Assembly (NCBI GenBank): GCA_019058295.1
Contig: JAHPZI010000004.1
Coordinates: 1 to 44,743 of the forward strand
Source: Promethearchaeota archaeon
GTDB lineage: Archaea > Asgardarchaeota > Lokiarchaeia > Sigyniarchaeales > SOKP01
Length of the DNA: 44,743 nucleotides
Direction of reading: 5' to 3'
Both the position numbers and the translations under genes were made by a program. The notes beneath the pieces were generated by a model. The model saw only the letters and a program-made list of their open reading frames with translations, did no database searches and was not told the DNA's origin. Every line of letters starts with the position of its first letter. The stretch's first letter is position 1. Shown here piece by piece: positions 28,227 to 38,369 of the stretch.

Positions 28227-28641
28227 CAATGATAAAAAAGAAAGAGAACTAAAATCGTTGCCCATGATTCAAAAGTAGAAAAAAGAGGAGACATATTTAT
28301 CTAATAACAGGGTTAAGGGTTGAGGTATTGCCTTTTCATCGGCTTTAGGTATAAGAATATATTTTACACATCATGGCTTCGATTTTATTAATATTAAATT
28401 GCATAGGATGATATTTAAATTTTTTCATGTGAAAAAAAGGAAAAACAAAATTTGAATAATATAAACAAAAGTACTTCAAAAATTGTAATGAATTGTGAAA
28501 ATTTAATCAATTTTTATCTTTTTCCTAAAAATCAATCAATTAACTTAAATTATTCACCTCTTAAGTTAATTAACATTTTCCCTTTCTTCATATAAAAAAA
28601 TGAAAAAAAAAAAAAAAGAATTTATTTTTTTAATATTTCAG

Positions 28642-31600
28642 TTATTTGAATCGATGTAATAATTTACGTCGATTTAGGATAATTAAACAACTAAATAGAG
28701 CGATTATTGTTATTAAGATGGCAATATCATATCCTGGAATAATTCCTTCATCATCGTCATCATCATCATCATCACCACCAGCGGCAGGAGGAGCAGGACC
28801 ACCTGGGAATACATCCTGACCATCCCAGCAGATAGGATAGAGATCTTGTCGATTTCCATCTCCTGAAATATTGTATGGTATATTTCCGATTCCGTCATCA
28901 TTAGGATCACTCCCCGTGTAATTATCCCAGAAATTACCAATTGGATTTACAGGATCATACCAGTACCAGTAGTTTACTGCAGCATTCTCATCGTCCTTCG
29001 CATGTAGGGTGTTATTAAGGAAGAGATTCTTGTAGAAATAATTGTTAGCACAAGTAGCTCCAGAGGCATCTAAATAAACACCGATTACAGTGTTATTTCC
29101 AATTATATTGCCAATAATGAAATTATGATCCGAATCATCTGCAATATAAATGCCGTATTTTGAGTTATTACAAGTATTTTCTGTAATATAATTCCAATCA
29201 GCATTATCGTACAAACGAATATTACATTCTATGTTATCTATCACAGTATTATTATGAATTGTGTTGTTATGAGTTTCAAAACCTCCACCATAGAGGGTAA
29301 TCCCATAATAATTATTAAATACAATATTATCAGAGATATTGTTATATTTAGCATTGGAAGTGATAAGTATTCCACTTTCGTCGGTGGCAGTAATTCCATA
29401 TACCATGTTTCCAGAAACATTATTATAATAGGAGCCACCTAATATATATATGCCATTGTCACACTGATAAGAAGCAGGGGTATCTTTGACGATATTATCT
29501 AAAATTAAATTGTAGTCGCCATCAATATGAATTCCCTCTTGATCATTATCAATTACCGTATTATTCCAGATTCTGTTATAGTGACAGTCACCCCAAAGGT
29601 ATATCCCGTAATTATCGCTACTATTGACTGTGTTATTCCAAATCCTATTATGGCAACACTCAGTATCTAGGGCTATCCCATCAGCACCGTTATTTTGAAC
29701 AGTGTTATTCCATATGAGAGTATAATTACAATTATCCCAGATATATATCCCCGTCCCTCCGTTATTTTGAACGGTGTTATTCTTTATGATACTTTCATGG
29801 CTATTATCAACATAAATTCCGTCATTGTTACCCATTACTATATTACTAAAAATCTTATTATCATCAGCATTATACAAACGAATTCCAGATGAGGCATGAT
29901 CATGAATTTCGTTTTTATATATGGTATTATTCCCACAATCTGTCGATAAATATATCCCACGTTTTTGAGATCCTCCTATGCCATTATTCTCAACAATAGT
30001 ATTATATGCTATATCATTATTATCACAATCAGTATCTAACCAAATTCCATAATCTACATGATCCATGATTGTATTATTCATGATGAGGTTATTATCAGGA
30101 TGGTTATCCCCACTAGATAGTAAGTATATTCCATAATTTTGACTACCACCAGATCCTGTCCACTTTATCGTATTGTTCAAAATCTTGTTGTAAGTGCATT
30201 TTCCAAAGAAATATATTCCAGCTATACCATTATCGCAAATTGTATTATTAATGATCTCATTGTCATTGCAATCACTTGTTCCATCATTAAAGTGTATTCC
30301 GTATTGCCCATTATCAATGATAGTATTATTCTTAATAATGTTAAAATCGCACCCCGAAGATAGATAAATTCCGTCCCGACCATTATAATTTATCGTGTTA
30401 TTCAATATTTTGATATCTATACAATATTGCCATATTCGTATTCCTGTATAACCATTGTAATTTAGTATATTACCATAAATAGTATTATTATAGACCATAC
30501 CCAAGAAGAGTATTCCTGCTCTAATTGAAGTTGATTTCCCATTATTACTAACGTTGTTGAATTTTATCATATTGTTATTACCGCCCCCCATATCAAAATA
30601 TATTCCATATAGATTATTGTCTAAAATGTTGTTATACGAAATTTCATTATCGTCACACCCATCTTGAAAGAAAATACCCCAATCGGATAGGGCTGTAATA
30701 TTATTTTCGCTAATAGTATTATCATCGCAATCATTATTTAAATGAATCCCATAACGTTGATTTGTCCCTGCTGCGGTGTCTGTGATATTATTAAACGAAA
30801 TCGTATTATTATGACAATTATCCCAAAAGTATATAGCTCTATAATTATCTATGATTGTGTTATTCCAAATTAGATTTTCTTCTGATTCTCTTAATCTTAT
30901 TCCATAACCATTTATATGACCATTTTTTATTGTATTAGACGTGAAATTATTATTTGAAGAATAATAGATTCTGATCCCTTCATCACAACCAGTTATTATA
31001 TTGTAATCAATAACATTTTCTTCGCAATCGGTATCTAAATAGATTCCGCAGTTTTCTATATTAATAATTGTATTGTTGTAAACAGTATTGTTAATAGAAT
31101 CCATGTATAATACTATTCCATGAACGCCATTACCTCGCACCATATTGCCTGAAATTGTATTATTTTCACAATAATGTAGAGCTATTCCAACCGAGCTATG
31201 GGATGTATTCAAATTTGAGATTTCTGAATAACTACAGTTATATAAAATCACTTGTCCAGCGTTAGTAAAATTGTCTGCACCTAAGCCGATTTCATCTTTG
31301 TAAAAATAAACGGGCTTTCCATTAACTGTATTATTAGGATAAATAGTAGTTGTTCTTAATTCTATTCTAGAATTTGTTTCGGAATTACCAATCCCGCAGT
31401 TACTCAATTTATTCCCTGAGACTATTGTATTAGGAGTAAAATGTATTATTATACCGTGAGAATCACAATCTTCTATGATATTCCCTCTAATAGTGATATC
31501 ATTAGTACTCGAAAGACGTATCCCATCATTACTATTTATTATTGTATTATTTATAAGTTGAGTCAATCCAGATGCTATATTATTAATAATTATACCAGCA

Positions 31601-32337
31601 TAACTAAGATCAGAGATAGTATTGTTCACTACCATACATTTAGATCTAAGAATCTCAATCCCGATTGAACCACAGTTAGTAATAGTATTATTTTCGATCG
31701 TAGTATCGTGTGAATAATCGTAGATATATATTGCTTCGCTACTAATATCGGATATAGTATTATTTATGATTTTATTTTCTAAAGAAGAACCCATCATCTC
31801 AATACCAACGGAACAATCATGGATTAAATTATTCTTAAAAGTGTTATTATTGCAATCATCTAATCTTATCCCTTTTGTATTAATTCCCGTTGAAAAATTA
31901 TTACCTATTATAGTCCCATTGTGCGTATCTTGGAGTATTAAACCAGCTTGATAAACAAGATTCCCAGCATTAATAAATGTGCAATTATTAATCTCAAAAT
32001 AGTAATCTGAATTCTGGATTATGAGACTGTTATTATCATTGTCTCCGCTAAAAGTAAGGTCTTCGATTTTATAGGGATCCCCCAATATACCATTCCCCGT
32101 GACCCAACCCTCACCTTTGGCTTTAGTCCAACCTGTAAGATCATCTATTTTTTTTTCAATCAAAACCGCTGAATCTTTCGGCATTTCCTTATCAATATCA
32201 TTAATGGTTTCATCGTTTATATCATTCTTAAGCAAATTCTTCTCTTCTTGTTCTTCTTCTGAGCTCGAAATTATAATCCCAAAAGAAAAAACAATTAAGA
32301 AGATCCCCATTATTAGAAATAGATTTTTATTTTTCAT
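28642..32337 (-). CDS. Large cell-surface right-handed beta-helix (NosD/PbH1-repeat) protein with C-terminal IPGYD-TM-basic sorting signal
   Basis: N-terminal hydrophobic signal; many NNTI..N...GI.L repeats; GNFWDNY...DGIG..PY; Pro/Gly and poly-Asp linker; IPGYD plus TM plus RRK. Confidence 0.9.
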   Translation of the reverse strand: MKNKNLFLIMGIFLIVFSFGIIISSSEEEQEEKNLLKNDINDETINDIDKEMPKDSAVLIEKKIDDLTGWTKAKGEGWVTGNGILGDPYKIEDLTFSGDNDNNSLIIQNSDYYFEINNCTFINAGNLVYQAGLILQDTHNGTIIGNNFSTGINTKGIRLDDCNNNTFKNNLIHDCSVGIEMMGSSLENKIINNTISDISSEAIYIYDYSHDTTIENNTITNCGSIGIEILRSKCMVVNNTISDLSYAGIIINNIASGLTQLINNTIINSNDGIRLSSTNDITIRGNIIEDCDSHGIIIHFTPNTIVSGNKLSNCGIGNSETNSRIELRTTTIYPNNTVNGKPVYFYKDEIGLGADNFTNAGQVILYNCSYSEISNLNTSHSSVGIALHYCENNTISGNMVRGNGVHGIVLYMDSINNTVYNNTIINIENCGIYLDTDCEENVIDYNIITGCDEGIRIYYSSNNNFTSNTIKNGHINGYGIRLRESEENLIWNNTIIDNYRAIYFWDNCHNNTISFNNITDTAAGTNQRYGIHLNNDCDDNTISENNITALSDWGIFFQDGCDDNEISYNNILDNNLYGIYFDMGGGNNNMIKFNNVSNNGKSTSIRAGILFLGMVYNNTIYGNILNYNGYTGIRIWQYCIDIKILNNTINYNGRDGIYLSSGCDFNIIKNNTIIDNGQYGIHFNDGTSDCNDNEIINNTICDNGIAGIYFFGKCTYNKILNNTIKWTGSGGSQNYGIYLLSSGDNHPDNNLIMNNTIMDHVDYGIWLDTDCDNNDIAYNTIVENNGIGGSQKRGIYLSTDCGNNTIYKNEIHDHASSGIRLYNADDNKIFSNIVMGNNDGIYVDNSHESIIKNNTVQNNGGTGIYIWDNCNYTLIWNNTVQNNGADGIALDTECCHNRIWNNTVNSSDNYGIYLWGDCHYNRIWNNTVIDNDQEGIHIDGDYNLILDNIVKDTPASYQCDNGIYILGGSYYNNVSGNMVYGITATDESGILITSNAKYNNISDNIVFNNYYGITLYGGGFETHNNTIHNNTVIDNIECNIRLYDNADWNYITENTCNNSKYGIYIADDSDHNFIIGNIIGNNTVIGVYLDASGATCANNYFYKNLFLNNTLHAKDDENAAVNYWYWYDPVNPIGNFWDNYTGSDPNDDGIGNIPYNISGDGNRQDLYPICWDGQDVFPGGPAPPAAGGDDDDDDDDEGIIPGYDIAILITIIALFSCLIILNRRKLLHRFK

Positions 32338-32562
32338 TTAAATTTCACTTAAAAATTTTTTTTTAAATTGTTAGTTAAAAAATTTCAAGTTGAATTGAAT
32401 AAAAACTTTTTTACATTTTTATATATTATCCTTCTCATTATAACAAGAAGCCAACCTCATTATTGTAATATTATTTCAATTTCATATAATTTTCAAGAAC
32501 TAGGAAATAATGAAAACTATGAAATTAAAAATATTCTAAGAAATGAAAAAAAAAAAATTAAA

Positions 32563-33759
32563 TTAGGTTTTAACCAAAGCTGGGATAAATTCATCATCAC
32601 ATATTTTAATAAGGTCTTTTGTATAATCAATCATTTTTTTAGTGATTTCTGGGTTTTTTAGTAAAGTTACATCAGATTTATCTCCTCGATCCCATAATAG
32701 ATATGGCGTATTTTCATGAGGAGTTTTTTCTTTCACCTCTTCAATCCAATTTTGAGGTATTTCATTTTCCAAATCGACATCCAGCATTTTGGCTAGAAAT
32801 AAGCTCCACGCTCTCGGAACAACTGTCATTAAATACCCTCCACCGCCTAATGCAAGCCACTTATCATTGCAATAGTCCTTAGCACATGTTCTCATTGTTT
32901 GGGCAATATCCCTATATACTTGGATTGAAAGTCCCATTTGAGTTAATGGATCATCAAAATATGTATCTACTCCTAATTGAGTTACCAATATATCTGGTTG
33001 GTAGGCTTCCAATATCCTTGGAGCTGTTTTTCTAAATAATTTTAAATACATTTTATTACTAGTTCCCGGCAATAAAGGAAAATTAATTGCAAATCCTTTT
33101 CCTTTTCCTTCGCCTCGTTCATTAATACTTCCTGTTCCAGGGAATAAGAATTGTCCAGTTTCGTGATAAGAAATAGTTAAAACGTCAGGATCATCGTAAA
33201 ATAGCCATTGAACACCATCTCCGTGATGGCAATCAATATCTAAGTATGCGATTCGGATATCTTTTTGTATTTTTTTGAGATGTGCTATTGCCACAGCTAT
33301 ATCGTTGAAAATACAGAATCCTGATGCTTTATCTTTAACCGCATGATGAAGTCCTCCAGCAAAATTAAATGCTACATTGAATTCATCATCAGTCCAAACC
33401 TTATCAGCAGCTATTAGAGATCCTCCACAAATCAAAGCAGATGCCTCATACATCCCTTTAAAAATTGGATTATCCCCTGGGCCTAATCCATATCGGAAGG
33501 GATTGACAGAATCATCTTTTGGATTATCGCTGAGTTTTTTAACTACCTCAATATATTTTGGAGAATGGACCATCTCCAATTCTTCCTTAGTACACATACG
33601 AGGAGAAATAATTTCTAATCGAGGGTTTTCAAGAAGCCCAAGCTTTTCCATTAAGCTATAAGTCAGAGCCAGCCGTTGGGGGCGTAACGGGTGACTTGAT
33701 CCAAAATTATATCTTTGATAATCCTCTGAAAAGATTAGACCAACTTTATTGCCAACCAT
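32563..33759 (-). CDS. acuC: Zn-dependent histone deacetylase family (AcuC/class I-like) protein
   Basis: HPLRPQR, GGLHHA, SGFCIFND, DIDCHHGDG, FPGTG, QLGVD and GGGGY. Confidence 0.9.
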   Translation of the reverse strand: MVGNKVGLIFSEDYQRYNFGSSHPLRPQRLALTYSLMEKLGLLENPRLEIISPRMCTKEELEMVHSPKYIEVVKKLSDNPKDDSVNPFRYGLGPGDNPIFKGMYEASALICGGSLIAADKVWTDDEFNVAFNFAGGLHHAVKDKASGFCIFNDIAVAIAHLKKIQKDIRIAYLDIDCHHGDGVQWLFYDDPDVLTISYHETGQFLFPGTGSINERGEGKGKGFAINFPLLPGTSNKMYLKLFRKTAPRILEAYQPDILVTQLGVDTYFDDPLTQMGLSIQVYRDIAQTMRTCAKDYCNDKWLALGGGGYLMTVVPRAWSLFLAKMLDVDLENEIPQNWIEEVKEKTPHENTPYLLWDRGDKSDVTLLKNPEITKKMIDYTKDLIKICDDEFIPALVKT

Positions 33760-33791
33760 TTTAATAATTATAAAAAGTAAGTTTTTTTCTA

Positions 33792-34958
33792 TTATTTAAT
33801 CGTCTTATGACATGCGGGACAAATTTTATACTCATTAGTTATCATCTTATAACAATGTGGGCATAAAATAAATTTAAGTTCTTCATCCTTTATTGTTTCT
33901 TTAATATCTTCGGTTTTGGGTGTATCAATTTGATTAACATCAGATACTCCATTAGAGATTCCCAATACATTTTCTGCTTGAATCACCTGTGGAACTTCCT
34001 GTGATTCATGACTTTTTAAATAATCTTGAATATCTAAAATTTCTACTCGAATATCACGTTGCATTGCCTTAGTAAACTTAATTTTTTCAATATATTCTCT
34101 GTCAAGTTTTATTAAATTATAACAATTAAAACACCTAAAGACGTGAGATATTCCTATCGAGGTTTCTGGAGCCCATTGTGCCCAACAAGTCCTATGAGCT
34201 GTAGTTCCACATTTTTTGCACTTCAAGAGATCTGTTGCATCTTTTTCAAAACAAATAGAACAAGTATCGCTTTTTTTTACTTCAGCTAAATCTTCTGCCA
34301 GGTTTATGTAAAATAAATGGCTATCTGCGGGAATTATATATTTTCCATCCTCCACTGAGCTTTTCTTAATCTTTTTCTTTACTGCTAATCTCTCTGATAA
34401 TTGAGGTAATTCATTAAGCTTTTTTACATAAAAAATGTCCCCATTACACTGTTCCACCAATTTCTGTAATTTTTCGTCTTCTTCAGTATCTTTTATTTTA
34501 ATTCTAATAATATCAATAAATAATGGCATGTCTTTGACTTGGGAGATCAAATTTTGAAGAACAGGTAAATATACTGGGGCAATTTTTGGTGTGCCTGCAT
34601 CTGAAAATACAATTAACCGAAAAGCTTTTTCACCAATAATTTTAAAAGCTTGAATAATAAACGAAATTCCCACAAAAATACCTCCTCCGATATTTCCACC
34701 AATAATAACGGGTTCTAATGACTTTAATGTTAATAGAATATGTTCGGAATTTAAGGTAAAATCTTCAAGATAATTTGGGCCGTTTTCTTCAAAAAAAGAC
34801 ACATTATATCTACTACTCGGGTCAATCGAAGTTTTTACTTCACAAAAACGCTCTATTGCTTCATAAATAAAAGGCATTTCTGTTATATTTGGAGTAAGCG
34901 CATTCAAGAATAATGTATCTTCTGATCTCGTATACGAGCTAGAATCAAAAATCTCCAA
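33792..34958 (-). CDS. vWA-like domain plus C4HC3 (PHD/RINGv-like) finger plus C-terminal C4 zinc ribbon
   Basis: RLIVFSDA and IDIIRI vWA-type strands; CSIC..CKKC..HRTC..CFNC; CPHC..CPAC. TTG start preceded by GAGGT. Confidence 0.75.
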   Translation of the reverse strand: MEIFDSSSYTRSEDTLFLNALTPNITEMPFIYEAIERFCEVKTSIDPSSRYNVSFFEENGPNYLEDFTLNSEHILLTLKSLEPVIIGGNIGGGIFVGISFIIQAFKIIGEKAFRLIVFSDAGTPKIAPVYLPVLQNLISQVKDMPLFIDIIRIKIKDTEEDEKLQKLVEQCNGDIFYVKKLNELPQLSERLAVKKKIKKSSVEDGKYIIPADSHLFYINLAEDLAEVKKSDTCSICFEKDATDLLKCKKCGTTAHRTCWAQWAPETSIGISHVFRCFNCYNLIKLDREYIEKIKFTKAMQRDIRVEILDIQDYLKSHESQEVPQVIQAENVLGISNGVSDVNQIDTPKTEDIKETIKDEELKFILCPHCYKMITNEYKICPACHKTIK

Positions 34959-35162
34959 TTACCTCTATTTTTTTTAAGTATATTTTGTTAAGAAATTCTA
35001 TTATGATTAATAATATCCTAATATTGTTTCTTTTTTTAATTTTTTATTTATTTTTTGAAAGTATGAGTGAAATAATGGTAGGATTAAATACAAAAGATTA
35101 AATTATTTAAATATTATAAAAGAAATAAAGATTCAATAATAACTATTCTTCTACAGCAAATA

Positions 35163-35717
35163 ATGAGTATTAGATTCAAAAAATTTTTATTACGGGCAGG
35201 AAAGGAGAGTGAATTTAAACCACTTAAAAATGCCTTACTTAATTATTTAATGAAGGACGCCGAAAACAAATATAAAAATTATCCTCGTCTTTTAGAACTT
35301 ATGAAAGCTTATTGGCCCAATTATGAACATCGTTTCATGATCGCTAACCTTTTAAAAGATCATCATGAAGAAATATTTTATTTTTATCTAACTACAATCT
35401 TTCCTTTTAGAAAGGGGGGTTTATCACTTGAAGATCCTGAAGCACCAACCACCGTTGATTTTAAATGTGTCTATAAATATCGCTATAATCAAAAGGAAAT
35501 TGCTGTAGTTGAAGAAGTTATGAAGGAACTGAAGATTCAAGATAAAGTTGAGGGAATTCTAAAAAGAGTTTTAATTTTTGCTGTAAGTTCTCTTGCCCCA
35601 ATGGTTGAGCAAATCTTCACAAGGCCTTTTGCGTTTCAATTTGCTAATATTGACGCAAACCAATTCAACAATGGAGAATATGAAGTTATAGCTACCATAT
35701 CTGCTAGAGAACAATAA
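35163..35717 (+). CDS. Hypothetical protein
   Basis: 184-aa ATG ORF; no recognised motif. Confidence 0.7.
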   Translation: MSIRFKKFLLRAGKESEFKPLKNALLNYLMKDAENKYKNYPRLLELMKAYWPNYEHRFMIANLLKDHHEEIFYFYLTTIFPFRKGGLSLEDPEAPTTVDFKCVYKYRYNQKEIAVVEEVMKELKIQDKVEGILKRVLIFAVSSLAPMVEQIFTRPFAFQFANIDANQFNNGEYEVIATISAREQ

Positions 35718-35746
35718 TTAGAGATTCTTAATTTTTTAGTTTTTTT

Positions 35747-36748
35747 TTATTTCTCTTTAAGTAAATAATATAGAAGTGCCTTAGCTGTATAGAGACGATT
35801 TTCTGCTTGATCATAGACGATAGAATGTTTTCCATCAATAACAGCGTCGTCTGCTACAATGTTTCGTCTAATAGGTAAACAATGCATTAGAATTGAATCA
35901 TTCTGAGTATTTTCTAAATATTTTTCTTGAATTTTCCAACTATCTCTATAAGGTACTCTTAAAGGCTTTTCTGCTTTCGCATTTCCATATTCCTTTATTG
36001 AGCCCCAGCTTTTAATGTAGACTACATCAGCATCTTTATAAGAATCCTCAATATCATTTGAAAATTCAAGGGATCCCCCTGATTCATTCGCATTTTTATG
36101 TGCTATATTTAAGATTTCATCATCTAATTCATAATTTTTTGGATGAGCTAAAGTCACATTCATTCCATATCGAGTAGTTATAAGCAAAATAGAGTTTGGA
36201 ACACTTAATGGCAAAGGATTTGGATGATAAGCCCATGAAATCACGACTTTCTTTCCTTTAAATTCTTTCTTTTTCTCTTTTATTGTAAAGATATCTGTAA
36301 GTGCCTGGAGAGGATGGAATTGATCATCTTCAAAATTAATAATAGGAACAGGAGCCCATTTCGCAAATTCACGAAGAACTTTATTTCCTTCTTTATAAAC
36401 CCAATTTACAGAATTAGGGAATAGTCGAATCCCAATTGTGTCGTAATATCTTGATAAAACTATCGCTGTGTCTTTTACAGACTCAGACTTATAGCCTATC
36501 CAAGAATCTTTAATGCTGTTAAAAGTTGGTTGCATACCTAATTGATACGCTGCTACTTGAGTCGAATTTCTTGTTCTAGTTGAGGGATTATAGAAAAACA
36601 TGCAAATTGATTTTCCATCTAAGGAATTTCTATACTTTTTTGGATTTAATTTCACATCTTTGGTTAAATTTAATAATTCATCCAATTGCTCTTTATCCCA
36701 ATCTTGAGTACTAATAAAATCATTTTTCTTTACTTTTTTTAAAGCCAT
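35747..36748 (-). CDS. argF: N-acyl(acetyl/succinyl)-ornithine carbamoyltransferase (ArgF'-like)
   Basis: STRT, HPLQ and HCLPxRR, plus the ArgF'-type SWAYHPNPLP and KSWG motifs. The ATG at 36748 is preferred over the TTG at 36760. Confidence 0.8.
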   Translation of the reverse strand: MALKKVKKNDFISTQDWDKEQLDELLNLTKDVKLNPKKYRNSLDGKSICMFFYNPSTRTRNSTQVAAYQLGMQPTFNSIKDSWIGYKSESVKDTAIVLSRYYDTIGIRLFPNSVNWVYKEGNKVLREFAKWAPVPIINFEDDQFHPLQALTDIFTIKEKKKEFKGKKVVISWAYHPNPLPLSVPNSILLITTRYGMNVTLAHPKNYELDDEILNIAHKNANESGGSLEFSNDIEDSYKDADVVYIKSWGSIKEYGNAKAEKPLRVPYRDSWKIQEKYLENTQNDSILMHCLPIRRNIVADDAVIDGKHSIVYDQAENRLYTAKALLYYLLKEK

Positions 36749-36895
36749 TAATCGACACAATTTTTTTGGTGATTGATAAATCTGAGAAATTGTAGAGTTA
36801 TTTTTAGTTTATATAAACGAAATAAAAATAAGTTATAGAGATCTTTATTTAAGAATATTTTGTTTTCAAGGTCTAAAAAGAATACTTACTTAAAT

Positions 36896-37321
36896 TTACT
36901 TACTTAAATATTGTCCCAAATCCATTAATTCATCTTTTCGCTTAACTTGAATTTTACTTTTTATCCCTTTTGCTTGTCGTTCTAGGTAAACAATTATATC
37001 TAATGGAATTCTTCTAGGAACTCCTCCTTGTCTTGAAATAATTGCTAATAAATAATCTATATTTTGTACCACTTCTGGACTTACTAACTCATTAAAAATC
37101 TTTTGATAAATTTGAGGTTCTTTCTCTTTTAAATTAATCAAATGATTATATGCTTCAGGCATCAATACAATTTTTAATAAATAATCAACTTTTTCCCAAA
37201 GGTCTGAGAATCTATCTTGAGAAGCTTGTTTTCTTTTTTGTGCTTCCATAAGCGCTTTCATTTTTTTCATTCGAATTTTGTCTAATTCGTGTTGTTCATT
37301 TTCTTTACCTTCTTGATTCAT
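36896..37321 (-). CDS. PDCD5/MTH1615-like DNA-binding protein
   Basis: ELDKIRMKKM, LLKIVLMPEA..L..L....P and ISRQG...RI pattern. Confidence 0.72.
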   Translation of the reverse strand: MNQEGKENEQHELDKIRMKKMKALMEAQKRKQASQDRFSDLWEKVDYLLKIVLMPEAYNHLINLKEKEPQIYQKIFNELVSPEVVQNIDYLLAIISRQGGVPRRIPLDIIVYLERQAKGIKSKIQVKRKDELMDLGQYLSK

Positions 37322-37343
37322 AATTCTTTTATCACCTGATCAT

Positions 37344-38261
37344 TTAATTATTAACGATTTTTAAAGCAATTTCCAAAGCTCTTATACCATCTTCTAGTGT
37401 TACAAGAGGTTCTTTATCGTAGAGAAAATTATTAATTTCTCTTCTAAGAGGTTCGTCTGCCCTCAATGGGGTATATGAAATTCGTTTAGTAATAGGGAAT
37501 TCTCCATCTAAATCTATTCCTGTATCTATTTCAATTGTTTGAGAAATAAAATCTACAATTATTCCACCTGAAACGCCATTAACGTACATTTTTCTAAATT
37601 TTGAAGGAGTAAGCCAGTTCGATTCTATATGTCCTATTGAGCTTCCAAAATCTAATACTATAAACGCAGCATCAGCGTGTATCTCATCTTTATAACATTT
37701 TTTTACTCCAAACGCATCTATAAAATTTTCTTTGCCTAAGATCCTCTCTTGTAAATAAATATCATGTATTGATAAATCTAATATAACTCCCATTTGCCAC
37801 TCCCTTTTGGGATATAATCCAATTCTCCTTGAGGTAATTGAAAATACATCACCAATTTTAGGTAAATGCTCCAAAAGTTTTTCAAAAACAGGATTATAAA
37901 GTTCTATAAAGGCGGGTAAAATTTTAATACTATGTTCATACTCCAAGAAAGCTTTTAAATCTTCGATATTTAATGCCATTGGTTTTTCCATTAGAATGTC
38001 AATTCCAGCCGATGCAAATTTTTTTGATATAGAAGGTATAAATTTAGGCGGGGTTACAATGCTAACTGCGTCAATTTCTTCATTTTTTATCAAATCATCC
38101 ACATTTGTATATGTATTTATATCATATTGATTAGCAACTTGCTCCAATTTTGCCTTATCGATATCACAAACGCAAACTAAATTTGAAAGCTCGTAAAGAT
38201 TTCTTATATGCGCCCGTCCAAACCAACCAGCACCAACAACGGCTGTGTTCTTTTTTTTCAT
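37344..38261 (-). CDS. Gfo/Idh/MocA family oxidoreductase
   Basis: VVGAGWFG, DAVSIVTP, MEKP, DLSIHD and SNWLTP. Confidence 0.9.
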   Translation of the reverse strand: MKKKNTAVVGAGWFGRAHIRNLYELSNLVCVCDIDKAKLEQVANQYDINTYTNVDDLIKNEEIDAVSIVTPPKFIPSISKKFASAGIDILMEKPMALNIEDLKAFLEYEHSIKILPAFIELYNPVFEKLLEHLPKIGDVFSITSRRIGLYPKREWQMGVILDLSIHDIYLQERILGKENFIDAFGVKKCYKDEIHADAAFIVLDFGSSIGHIESNWLTPSKFRKMYVNGVSGGIIVDFISQTIEIDTGIDLDGEFPITKRISYTPLRADEPLRREINNFLYDKEPLVTLEDGIRALEIALKIVNN

Positions 38262-38369
38262 TTAATTCTTTTTTCTTTTAACTTTATAGTTAAGAATAAT
38301 GAAATTAAAATAATAATTTTTTTGAAGTTAAATGTAGAAATTAATTAAAGTCTATAAAGAAAAATAAAA

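Noticed and set aside
28330-28376. SECIS element or hammerhead ribozyme in the intergenic element
   Set aside because: AUGA and CCGAUGA strings exist on the minus strand, but the opposing GA quartet or hammerhead stems could not be built. No nearby ORF shows a candidate Sec UGA.
32368-32661. 97-aa + strand ORF
   Set aside because: AT-rich, low-complexity, TTG start, spans the probable promoter region of the surface protein and overlaps the HDAC 3' end; no motif.
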